Assembly (NCBI GenBank): GCA_951406725.2
Contig: OX597842.1
Location: forward strand, 20,274,001 to 20,338,000
Direction: 5' to 3'
Length of the DNA: 64,000 nt
Origin: Octopus vulgaris
Taxonomy: Eukaryota
Shown: positions 29,183-41,029 of the stretch, one piece after another
Layout of the letters: each line of letters opens with the position of its first letter
Position numbering within the stretch: position 1 is the first letter of the stretch
Made by a program: the position numbers and the translations under genes
The notes under the pieces: generated by a model
The model's database searches: none
Seen by the model: only the letters and a program-made list of their open reading frames with translations
Told to the model about the DNA's origin: nothing

Positions 29183-30165
29183 AGATACATCTTTAATTAA
29201 ACTATTGACCGCCTTAAAACAGGTTTCAACAGACAAATATTACTATAATGGATAATATAAGCATATAACTACTTATACACACATACAATAAATACAGACA
29301 CACACATTAGTCAGACATATAGCCACATATACACACACTGCAAGAATATATTTATTTATAAAGTTTAAACAGAACATGGAATGAAATGTATTTATTTATA
29401 AACTTTAAACTGAACTTCAATTGTTTTATAAGCTTAACAGCGAACCTGACGCAAATACACGAAGTTGACGACTTTCACTTCTGACAGCTAAAAGCATGAC
29501 AGTATGCCAAATCTTCTTTTGCGCAATAATATATCAATAATTTGTTCACACTTCAATTTACTATTTTCTAGAAATGCTTCTTTTCGAAATTATTGATATA
29601 TTATTATTTTTTTTTCCTTGTGAAAATTCTGGGGGAGGAGGTCACCCCTCCCCCCTTTCCGGACCAATTCCGGAAAATCGTGCGGGTGTTAATCTGTAAT
29701 TTTACCGATATTTGGGATCTTTTCGGTTTGGCCGGCAGTTTTTAAAAATAATTTCCACGTAACTAAACACTTTTAAACTTCGTGTACTGGTAGAATGTGT
29801 TTATAAAACATCTTTTCTCTTGGCTTTATTGAGAAAATTCTATGGTTTGTAAGATATTTGGGATCTTTTCGGTTTGACCGGCAGTTTTTTAAAATAATTT
29901 CCACGTAACTAAACACTTTTAAACTTCGTATACTGGTAGAATGTGTTTATAAAACATCTTTTTCTCTTGGCTTTATTGAAAAATTCTATAGTTTGTAAGA
30001 TATTTGGGATCTTTTCGGTTTGACCGGCAGTTTTTAAAATAATTTCCACATAACTAAACACTTTTAAACTTCGTATACTGGTAGAATGTGTTTATAAAAC
30101 ATCTTTTCTCTTGGCTTTATTGAGAAATTCTATAGTTTGTAAGATATTTGGGATCTTTTCCGTTT
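27025..30165 (+). repeat. Second short array of the ~147-bp MITE-end satellite (3 units, insertion, 3+ units)
   Basis: Units start at 27025, 27172, 27319, 29715, 29861, 30007 and 30151; interrupted by insertions at 27466 and 30166. Confidence 0.93.
27466..29706. mobile_element. 2.24-kb non-autonomous foldback-like TIR element (Merlin-like) with a perfect 8-bp TSD
   Basis: ~33-bp TIR GGTAAAATTACAGATTAACACCCGCACGATTTT; TSD GATATTTG at 27458-27465 and 29707-29714. Long inverted arms (~27740-28150 vs ~29215-29630); no transposase ORF. Confidence 0.9.
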
Positions 30166-31781
30166 TGTTATATAATCATCACAACAAACATGAACAATCA
30201 ACGTCGCCCATTGTCTCCCTTGATAAAATTACTTTCAGTTTGTTTCCCGCCAAAACAATTAACTTGTACAACAACGGCAGTCGAATAAAGTATCTCGTAT
30301 CGTTAACACGTTGTTTCAGTCTCTCTCATTTTCTTAATCTTTCATACTAAGTACTCACTACTTCCTTTAATACTCAATACTATATATATATAACAACAAC
30401 ATGGTGTCAGAATACTAAAAGAACCCAAAATACAGAAACCAAAAGAAAAAAGAAGTTGATATCATACTTCAAAGACGAAATGGAAAATTTACCGCATCCA
30501 AAAGACCTAGACTTTAATCAGGAAAATCTAGCCGCAGCGTGGAAAAAGTAGAAAAAAAAATTCAATCTCTTTTTGATAGCAACAGAATGTGACATGAAGC
30601 CAGACAAAGTAAAAACTTCAATGTTTTTAACTTGCATCGGTTCTAAAGGCCGAGATATCCATTCCACTCTGGATTTCGATTCACCCGACGAAGAAATGAA
30701 CCTTCAAACAGTAATCGAAAAATTCGATGCATATTGTGAACCCAGGAAAAACATAACTTTCCTAAGACACAAATTCTTCACATGTGGACAAGCGGAACAT
30801 CAAAAATTCGATGAGTACGTAGTAGAGTTGCGCCAAAAGGCACAACAGTGCGAATTCGGCAACCTCACAGACAGTCTCACCAAAGATATTCTGATATGTG
30901 GAATCAGAGACATGAGATTAAGAGAAAGATTATTGAGAGAACCAAATTTAGACTTACAAAAAACAATTCAAGCAGGTCAGAGTGCAGAGCAAACACGACT
31001 CCAATCAAGGATGCTAAATGCCACATCCGAAACAAGAGATAACGAAATCTCGAGGGTATATAGTCAACACGACAGAAAAGGCGCCAAAACTCAAATAACC
31101 CGCCATATGCAATCCAGACATCAAAACGAACAAGGCGGAAGTGACAGAAAGCCCGCGAAGTTTCAAGCGCCAAGTCAACACTACGTCACTAACTGTCACT
31201 ATTATGGTTATAATCACAAAAGAAATAAATGCCCAGCATTTCACAAGACATGTGAAAAATGCAAGAAAAAAGGACACTATGCAAAAATGTGCAAATCAAG
31301 AAAATTTGTACATAAAGTAGAGATACATACGGACGATGAATCAGATGACGATACACATGCACTCCAAATGATCACTGCAAATAATTCCCGCGTGCACAAA
31401 ATCGAAAAGTTCAAGACTCTAAAAGACATTTGGACGGTCGAACTAAAAGTGAACAACTCGAATGTAACATTCAAAATTGATACTGGAGCAGACGTAACCG
31501 TACTGCCATTCAGAGAATATAGAAATATAATTCTAAAACAGCACAACTACAGAATTCAACACTACAAAATAATAAAACCACAAAAAGTGGACGACGAATA
31601 ATTATTCCCTGTAGATACAGATGATAATAAAAAATAAAAATAAAAAAAAGGAAGATGTTATATAATCATCACAACAAACATGAACAATCAACGTCGCCCA
31701 TTGTCTCCCTTGATAAAAGGACTTTCAGTTTCTTTCCCGCCAAAACAATTATTAACTTGTACAACAGAGCAGTCGAATAAA
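30166..31781 (+). mobile_element. Internally deleted Ty3/Gypsy LTR retrotransposon
   Basis: 5' LTR TGTT...AACA at 30166-30401, PBS TGGTGTCAGAA at 30402-30412, polypurine tract AAAAAAAAGGAAGA, then a 3' LTR from 31656 truncated near 31781. Confidence 0.9.
30480..31601 (+). pseudogene. Gag (zinc knuckles) plus aspartic protease N-terminal part, one in-frame stop
   Basis: ATG at 30480 and TAG at 30549, in frame with the 342-aa ORF. CEKCKKKGHYAKMC knuckle; FKIDTGADVTVLP protease active site; no RT, RNase H or integrase. Confidence 0.85.
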
Positions 31782-31794
31782 CTATTTTTTAAAA

Positions 31795-32610
31795 CAGTTT
31801 TTTAAAATAATTTCCACGTAACTAAACACTTTTAAACTTCGTATACTGGTAGAATGTGTTTATAAAACTTCTTTTTCTCTTGGCTTTATTGAGAAAATTC
31901 TATAGTTTGTAAGACATTTGTTGTTTTTCTTTCTTCAATTTCCGCAATTTCAACCAATCAATGGACGTCTATTGAGGTAAAAAACATTGTAACATATTTC
32001 GTAATAAATATTGTAACATATTTCGTCTAAAATTTCCTGCATTTCGGCAATTTTAACCAATCAATTACCTCCATTGACGTAAACAACATTCTGTGCATAA
32101 TGAATATGTCCCTCGTTAAAGAAACAGATTGGGTTTATTTACATTTGTGAAGAAAAAAGATACCCTTCCCCCACCCCAAACCCTAACCCTAATTCTAACT
32201 CTAAATCTAAAATAGATTGAAATGCAATAGATCGATACTAGGGTTATAATTATTGGTGACAATTTCATACGACACTGCTATAAAAAACTTAGCATTTTAG
32301 ATTTAGGGTTAGGGGTGGGGGAAGGGTATCTTTTTTCTTCACAAATGTAAATAAACCCAATCTGTTTCATAAAGAAAGGACATATTCATTATGTACAGAA
32401 TGTTATTTACCTAAACGGACGCCAGTGATTGGTTAAAATTGCCGAAATGCAAGAAATTAAAGACGAAATATCTTACAACCTATAGAATTTTCTCAATAAA
32501 GCCAAGAGAAAAAGATGCTTTATAAACACATTCTACCAGTACAGGAAGTTTAAAACTTTTTAGTTACCTAGAAATTATGTTACAAAGTGCCGTTCAAATG
32601 GAAAAGATCC
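31795..32610. mobile_element. Remainder of the GGATC MITE fused to an inverted second copy
   Basis: The monomer resumes at CAGTTTTT and runs into MITE body to ~32289. 32290-32610 is a reverse copy ending GAAAAGATCC. Confidence 0.75.
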
Positions 32611-33019
32611 GATTCCGTGTAATTTCCATAGTGTATGTGTGCCTGTTCTGTTTTTATCTACAAAATACACTCACAAGGCTTTGGTCGACCCGTGGCTATA
32701 GTAGAAGACACTTGCCCAATGTGTCAAGCAGTGGGAATGAACCCGGAACCATGTGATTGGTAAGCAAGCTACTTACCACACAGCCTCTCCTGCGCCTTTG
32801 GTGAAAGTTTCGTTAAAAAGTATGAACTTCTTGGAAGTTTTGAGGCAACAAAGTCGGTGGGGTATTAAACTGTAGGTATGCCTCTTGTTCAATAAACGTT
32901 AACCCTACCTTCCGTTGAATTTCCAAAGAATTAACGAAGTGAACTTTTAGATTAACCCTGCCCACCTCTGTATATATGTATAGGCTTGTATGGGTCCGTA
33001 TGTATAATACGTATGTATA

Positions 33020-33181
33020 CGAGTGGCTGTGTGGTAAGTAGCTTGCTAACCAACCACATGGTTCCGGGTTCAGTCCCACTGCGCGGCATCTTGGGCAAGT
33101 GTCTTCTGCTATAGCCCCGGGCCGACCAATGCCTTGTGAGTGGATTTGGTAGACGGAAACTGAAAAGAAGCCCGTCGTATA

Positions 33182-33246
<65 letters not shown>

Positions 33247-33460
33247 TTGTGTGTCTGTGTTTGTCCCCCTAGCATTGCTTGACAACCGATGCTGGTGTGT
33301 TTACATCCTCATCACTTAGCGGTTCGGCAAAAGAGACCGATAGAATAAGTACCGGGCTTACAAAGAATAAGTCCCGGGGTCGATTTGCTCGACTAAAAGG
33401 TGGTGCTCCAGCATGGCCGCAGTCAAATGACTGAAACAAGTAAAAGAGTAAAAGAGAGAG
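33020..33460 (+). mobile_element. tRNA-derived SINE family B with internal (TA)n
   Basis: GAGTGGCTGTGTGGTAAG...GGTTCAGTCCC head and AAGTAAAAGAG tail; other copies at 32665-32795, 50975-51250, 56240-56963 and 60965-61720. Confidence 0.8.
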
Positions 33461-36029
33461 AGAGTGTCGTACGAGGAGGTACGAGACCTAATGATGTTTA
33501 TTTTTGAACATAGTACCCCGTCGCTCACACATCCCGACTGTCGAAGCTGCAGTGGTTAATTCTATTGGTGGAGAACTTTGCACTCTTTTTAGTCCGCGAC
33601 AGAAGAGGCTACGTCGTCGTTACTGGAATACTTGTTCTCGGGTATGTGAGAAAGTTATGAGTAAAGAAAGGTGTAGTGATGCTACTGTGTAGGGTTCGGC
33701 GCGCATGCGCAGAATGGGACTACTTCCGGGTGGCCACCCGGAAGTCTTCCCCATGCGCATGTGCGGGAAAACGTTTCCTCGAGCCCGCGAAACTCAAATC
33801 TCTCTCTTCGGCTCAAGACAGCATTGCTATCGGACGTGCTTTCACCAGGCTCTGACAACCTCCACTCGTGCTACGACAGAGCGCCAACGACCATCAACCA
33901 ACTTCAACAACTAACACGAAGCTGTATATCAGAGGCTGTCTCTCTCCCACCAGACACACGTACGACATCGCAATCAATTAACCAGAACTACTGTCTTTTA
34001 ACCTGACTTCGTCTGTATTGTTTTCTAAAATTTTATATGTGACTAGATCGGATATCGACACAAAGGTTACAAAGGTTTGTGATTTAAGGGAGATCTGCCT
34101 GTTGTTTCTTTCACATCCCACGACCATCTTTCTTGTTTCTTCCTCACTCTAACATGTATTCATGTTTTTCAATATTTTTGTCCCCATAAAAACATTTATG
34201 CTATTAAAACAAATTGGCTTTAAAATTTGATTTTTGGTGGAATTCTCGTTTAAGTACCCTACATAACCCCTCATAACCTTTTTTAACTTTTTGGAATTAA
34301 AAAAAAATTCAGTACATTTTCAGTAAAATTCTAAAAAATAAACAAATCATTATACATCATCATCATCGTTTAACATCTACTTTCCATGCTGGCATGGGTT
34401 GGATGGTTTGACAAAGGATTGGGTGTGTTTGTGAACATATGCATCTGAGACAAAAAAAAAATATTTGTCAACAGGAAAGTTTTAAAATTTTGCATCAAAA
34501 TAAGGGTGATACTCCGGTATTTCTCTATGTTTAGCCCCTTGTGGGTAGGAAAGAAAGACGTATTTCGTCTGCCGCTACGTTCTGAGTTCAAATTCCGCCG
34601 AGGTCGCCTTTGCCTTTCATCCCTTCGGGGTCGATTAAATAAGTACCAGTTACGCACTGAGGTCGATGTAATCGACTTAATCCGTTTGTCTGTCCTTTTT
34701 TGTCCTCTCTGTGTTTAGCCCCTTGTGGGTAGTAAAGAAATGGGTATTTCTCTACAGAGTGCCTGTATTCAGATATACGTCATCATTGACCTTCTGTGTC
34801 AGCCTGACCTGCGCATCCGCGCTAGATAGTCGTGACTAGTCGATCCTACAACGACTGCCCAGCAAAGTAAATATGATACAAAATAAATAATTTTTTAGGA
34901 TCTTTTCCAGATCCTAAAACGGTTAGTGACAGGATGTTGTCTGTTTCAGACGCAACAAATGATTTTAGCTCAATAGAGGGCATAAGATTGGTTAAAAATT
35001 CGAAAAATTAAACTACGTTAAACTTACAAATTACAATTTTCTCAAGAATGCATAGACAAACAAATCCAACTCATTTCTTTATCATCATTGTCGATGGACC
35101 ACTCAAAGAGGTATGTATACATTATCATTTTCGTAACATAATTTCTGTAGTATTTCAAGATGTTTCTGACACGTATTTTGATTCACATGGCGGAGATCCA
35201 ACATTTCTTCACTTTTTCCAGAATTTCTTCTCTTTATTTATTTTTTTTTTGCGAAATACGGAGTTTATGATTCATGTGTGAGTGTGTGTTCTTGATACTC
35301 GTTTAGAACAAGTAGTTTTACACCAATTACACTATTTTTTCTTAGTTTAAAGCCGTGGACTGAAGATGTGAAATTTCCGAAGCCTCTCCCCCACCCCTCT
35401 TTCGCGAGAGCGCATTTTTTTTGTCATATTCGTTTAGAGCAAGTTGTTTTACACATATTACACTATTTTTTTTTGTTTTGGTGCCCGGGTCAGCCCCTCA
35501 GACGCTTTCGGAACTTCCCGTTGTGAATTTTCCGAGGCCTCTCCCCCACCCCCTTTCGAGTGCGCGAATTTTTTTTTCATATTCGTTCATAGGAAGTTGT
35601 TTTACACCTATTACACACATTTTTTTTTTGATTTTCTGATATGCGTAACGCTTTATATTAACCAAAAAATAGGTATTTCTCTACAGAGTGCATGTATTCG
35701 GATACACGTCATCATTGACCCTCTGTGTCAGCCTGACCTCTTTGGTACTACTTAAGAAGAGTGGTCTCGGTGCGCGTAGTCGCGCATCCGCGCTAGCTAG
35801 TCATGACTAGTCGATCCTACAACGACTACCTAGCAAAGTAAATATAATACAAAATAAATAATTTTTTAAGATCTTTTCCAGATCCTAAAACGGTTAGTGA
35901 CAGGATGTTGTCTGTTTCAGACGCAGCAAATGATTTTAGCTCAATAGAGGGCATAGGATTGGTTAAAATTCGAAAAAGTAAACTACGTTAAACAAACAAA
36001 TTACAGTTTTCTCAAGAAAGCCAAGAGAA

Positions 36030-36337
36030 AAAAATGTTTTATTTTGACACATTCTACCAGTATACGAAGTTTAAAAGTGTTTAGTTAACTAGAAATTGTG
36101 TTGAAAACTGCCGTTCAAAAGGAATAGATCCAAAAAATGTTTTATTTTGACACATTCTACCAGTATACGAAGTCTAAAAGTGTTTAGTTAACTAGAAATT
36201 GTGTTGAAAACTGCCGTTCAAAAGGAAAAGATCCAAAAAATGTTTTATTTTGACACATTCTACCAGTATACGAAGTCTAAAAGTGTTTAGTTAACTAGAA
36301 ATTGTGTTGAAAACTGCCGTTCAAAAGGAAAATATCC
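36030..36337 (-). repeat. Three ~103-bp tandem copies of the GGATC-MITE left end
   Basis: AAAAATGTTTTATTTTGACAC...AAAACTGCCGTTCAAAAGGAA(T/A)AGATCC repeated three times. Confidence 0.85.
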
Positions 36338-36651
36338 TTTTGTTTGTTAATTGTTTAAATTATTTTCCATTGCTTTCGTTACTAAAAACTAGTAAAAGAA
36401 TATATCACACATAAACACATATAAAATATCTATTTGTATGGGTGCGTATACACACACCACACATGATTAAAAACTGAAGAATATGAAAACTAAAAGAATA
36501 TATCACACACATTTTATTTGATTTGTGTAAAAAAATCATATTCATTGTTCTAAGAAATAATTTCTTTACTTTCTTTAAAAAATTCTTTTATTTTATTCTG
36601 TAAAATCAACTCATTTGCATACGCGCAAGTCGATGTAGGATCGACTACTTA

Positions 36652-36875
36652 CTTGGACGATGAAACCGTCCAGCACGCTTTTGTACATTGTCGGCAGCTG
36701 TCAGGCTTCATAAGTTACGCAGAACACGTGTTATCGCATCTGGGACGAGTACAGCTGTCGGCTAAGTCTATAATTAAGATGATACCTATTTAGTCTATAA
36801 TTAAGATGATACCTATTTAGTCTATAATTAAGATGATACCTATTTAGTCTATAATTAAGATGATACCTATTTCTT
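36652..36875 (+). mobile_element. L1/Tx1-like LINE ORF2 C-terminal fragment ending in a 27-bp tandem repeat (x4)
   Basis: Translates as DETVQHAFVHCRQL...SAKSIIKM (zf-RVT-like E..H.F..C). A related minus-strand fragment lies at ~50450-50872. Confidence 0.5.
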
Positions 36876-37522
36876 TATTACCCACAAGGGGCTAAACATA
36901 GAGGGGACAAACAAGAACTGACATAGGTATTAAGTCGATTACATCGACCCCGAAAGGATGAATGGCAGGCAATAGTCGTGGAGACTGGACCCGGTGTGCG
37001 CATCCGCGCTAACCAGTCGCCAAAAAATTATTTAATTTGTGTAAAAATATTATATACATTGTTATTAAAAAACCCCATTTTCTTTGATATGTATTCAGCC
37101 TTAAAAACCAAATGTGTATCGCATACGCGCAAGTCGTAGGATCGACTACTTACCACTAGCGCGAGTGCGCGTACCGGGACCACTGTTTGCTAGTAGTACC
37201 TGTAAAATCCTGGTTAGCATGCACTTCTCTGTGCTTAATTAGCTTAAAAAAATAAATAAATGCGCCCTTTTTAAAGCCTAGCCAGGCTCATGGGCCCGGT
37301 TTCCCGGTCTCTACGGCGTATGTGTTCCCCAGCTGGACGGGACGCCAGTCCATCGCAGCGTTACTCATTTTTGCCAGCTGAGTGGACTGGAGCAACGTGA
37401 AATGAAGTGTTTTGCTCCAGAACACAACGTGTCGCCCGGCCCAAGAATCGAAACCACAATTTTACGATCATGAGGCTGACACCCTAACAACTAAGCTACA
37501 CGTCTCCACTTTTAATTAGCTT

Positions 37523-40455
37523 AGGTGCAAGAGTCGACTAAATCTCTCTCTACCCACAATAACTAAAAAGACTACAGCAACTCAGGGAAACTAAGCCAGA
37601 ACAACCTGCCATCCTCTACACACCATCATAAACTGCGAGCAGGGTACAAATTGTTGTCCTTAAATGCTCGCAGTTTATGCAACAAAATACATTTGTTCAA
37701 CGCCTACGTCAGAAGTGTTGACCCTGACTTCATCACTGTCACGGAAACATGGGCGCATTCCTTACTCTGTGATGGAGTTTTCAACATTACGGGGTACAAC
37801 CTCTTCCGTAAGGACCGCACTAACCGCCGTGGTGGTGGTGTGATGGTCTACGTTCGTTCAAATTTTTTGGTAATTCCTTGTGCCGATTTGAACGAATCAC
37901 AAGAAGAAGTTTTTTTCTGTGACGTGCGTATGACCATGTCAACACTCCTGCTTGGCGTTGTTTATCGTCCCCCAAGTTACCATCGGGACACACAGCTTTG
38001 CAATGTCCTCCGAGCTGCTGCCAGGAAAACAGCCACTTATGTGTTTATTGCAGGCGATTTCAATCATCCTGAGATCGATTGGGAGACCTTCCATTGGCCA
38101 CAGAGTGCAAACGATTTTGTTGAGCTTGTGCTGGACTCAAACTGGTCACAAGTAGTCACCTCTCCAACAAGAGGCGACAACACCTTGGACCTGCTCTTCA
38201 CCACAACTCCTGAAGCAGTTATCAATTGCACTACGGAGGAACCTCTAGGTGACTCTGATCATGCTATGATCATCGCCAATCTGGCTCTTGCGGGCAACAA
38301 AAACCTGAACCATCTCCAATCTGCTTCCTTCGATTGGAAGAGAGCAGATTGGAACCTGTACCACACTGAACTACAGCACCCAAACTGGCGTGAATTCTAC
38401 AACTCTGGAGATGTGAATACTATACTCCAGAGTATCCTGGACTCAATATGTGCAGCATCAGTGCCACGTAAACAAAAAAAGAAGAACCGCCCCAAAAGGG
38501 CCATTTGGGAAACTTCAGCGGTCCGACTTGCCAGGAGGGAACGTCGGACTACTGAACGGGAATACAGGTTGCATAAATCAGACACCAACAGGAAGAAGCG
38601 GAATAAATCCTCCAACCATCTCAAGCAAGTGACAAAAAAAGCAGTGCTTGAATTTGAACAGTGCATAGCAGCCAATCCTGACAGCAAGGTTTTCTGGAAA
38701 TATGTGCACTCAAAGCAGAGACCTCACTCTCCAGTGGGCCCTCTTCGCAACCCTCACACAAACCAGATCACTGACGACCCCAAGGAATGCGCAGAACTCA
38801 TTGCCGAGTGCTATGCAAACATATTCACTGTTGAAAGTCAAAATGTACCATCTTCACCATCACTAACAGCAAACTCCATAACAACTATGGAATTTACACC
38901 TGCAATGCTGCGACGTCACCTTCAAAATAAGCGCAACTATGCCTCCCCTGGTCTCGATGGAGTTACATACCTGCTTCTCAAACGTGGCAGGCACTTCCTT
39001 TTACACCAGCTTTCTATTTTCTTCCAGTACTGTCTCAACAATGGTGCTACTCCGGAGCAGTGGAAAACTGCCAGTGTCATTCCTCTGTTCAAAAAGGGCG
39101 ACCGCACATCACCTGTCAACTATCGCCCAGTCAGTCTCACTAGCTGTATTGCAAAACTGATGGAATCGCGTGTCAGAGAAACACTCTGGAACTTCTGGAG
39201 CTCTCACAGTCTCATCCGACCCTCACAATATGGATTTGTCCCTAACTCCAGCTGCAGTGACCAGCTTGTCGAGTTCCTTGAGGACATTACTCAGATTACT
39301 GACAGTGGCTCATGGGTGGATGTTGTCTACCTTGACTTTGCTAAGGCTTTCAACTCTGTGCCACACAAAAGGCTTATGGTAAAACTCTCTGCAATGGGTG
39401 TGGGGGATGACCTTTTTAACTGGTTGAAATCCTTCATCCTCAGCCGAAAGGAGGTAGTCACAGTTCTAGGACAGCACTCTACACCATATGAGATGTCATC
39501 GGGTGTACCACAGGGATCTGTCCTTGGTCCCCTCTTGTTTGTGGCATACATTAACGACATAGATGCCAATTTAAAGAATGCCACAGTATTGAAATATGCA
39601 GACGACATCAAGCTGTACCTTGAAATCAAGAGGACAGATCCTGATGTCTACAACTCTTTCCTGCAATCAGACCTAGACACAATGCAGCAATGGATCACAG
39701 ACTGGCAACTGAAACTGGCTGTGGACAAGTGTACCACCATGCATTTTGGGAGAAAAACCCTGCGTTCACATACTCCCTCCACAACACTGATATCAAGAAA
39801 TCCTCTTGTGAGCGTGACCTAGGCATCACTGTCAGCAGTGATTTGCGTTGGTCAAAGCATATCTCTAAGATTGTCAGGAAGGCCGAGGGTGTCTTGGCAT
39901 CACTCAGCAGGTCTTTTGTTAGCCGCTCTCCAGCCATCTATTTAAAACTGTATACAGCTATGGTACGACCACACTTGGAATTCGCATCATCAGTTTGGAA
40001 CCCCTATCTTGCACAGAACATTGACCTCCTGGAATCTGTCCAGAGACGTGCAACCAAACGCATACCCTCCATCAGACACCTACCATATTCTGAGCGCCTT
40101 GTTTCCCTGGGCATGGATTCACTGAAGCTCCGGCGTTTGGCGACGGACTTGGTAAACACCCACAAAGTTATCAACCACCTCACCAACAACAACACTGAAC
40201 ACCTTTTTGATCTCCATGTGTCTAACACACGTGGACATGCCTACAAAGTCAGAAAACAATACAGCTCCCATGACATTCGGAAACATTTTTTCACGCTCAG
40301 AGTTGCTGAAGCATGGAATAAACTGCCTGTGTCAGTTGTTGACTGCCATGAAACTGCATCCTTTGAGGCCCTCATGCTTTCCGAAATCCGCCGAAACTAC
40401 ACCTGATTATATATACACTTTAGATGAGTTGTAGTGCACCTGAGCACTGTACACA

Positions 40456-40488
<33 letters not shown>
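37523..40488 (+). mobile_element. CR1/Jockey-group LINE (APE endonuclease + RT), ORF1 absent, (TAT)n tail
   Basis: LNARSL..ETW..GDFN..SDH endonuclease motifs; YRPVSL, GVPQGSVLGP and YADD RT motifs; TRGH / FF..RV..WN.LP tail; microsatellite 3' end at 40457-40488. Confidence 0.92.
37651..40406 (+). pseudogene. LINE ORF2 split by a single frameshift near 39755
   Basis: The 723-aa and 238-aa ORFs join at HFGRK/NPAFTY if one A is restored in the A-run GAGAAAAACCC. Confidence 0.85.
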
Positions 40489-40490
<2 letters not shown>

Positions 40491-41029
40491 AAGCTGAAGT
40501 TGTCTCTGTGTGACTGGTTTGGCAGCCTTCAACTAACACTATCTCTTCCCAGACCCTGTGGCACAAGTTGACCAAAATTGAGAGTATGATAGAAGAAGGA
40601 TTGCTCTTCCTTCCGTAGAAGAAAAAATTCAAATCAAAACATGTTAACACCAAAAATTATTTACATCAAAAAGGTGCTTTTTTTGTATGAAAATCCCTTT
40701 TCTTTATTATTATTATTCATATTTTGAATGTACATTTTTTTTTGTTCACTTTGAAAATGTTTGTATTGTTGCATAGACACACGCATGCACCTTTCTTCAC
40801 AGCCTTGCGCATGCATCTACACACTTGATTCATACACACACACATGCTATCTCTGCCACATTCATGCTCTACACATGCCTTTCTCTCTAACGGGAAATAA
40901 ATATCTCCTTAAAACTTCATGCATTTTTCCTCTTTCACATCCTGCATTATGCAATTATAACAACAAATTTTTATCGTCAGAACTACTGACGATCGACACA
41001 TCATAATATTGCATGCCTGATCAATTTCT

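Noticed and set aside
28933-29255. YIYIYI ORFs (also 45481-46130 and the C-terminus of the 426-aa ORF 45344-46624)
   Set aside because: Translations of (TA)n microsatellites. The 426-aa ORF is a chance SINE + RTE + microsatellite fusion.
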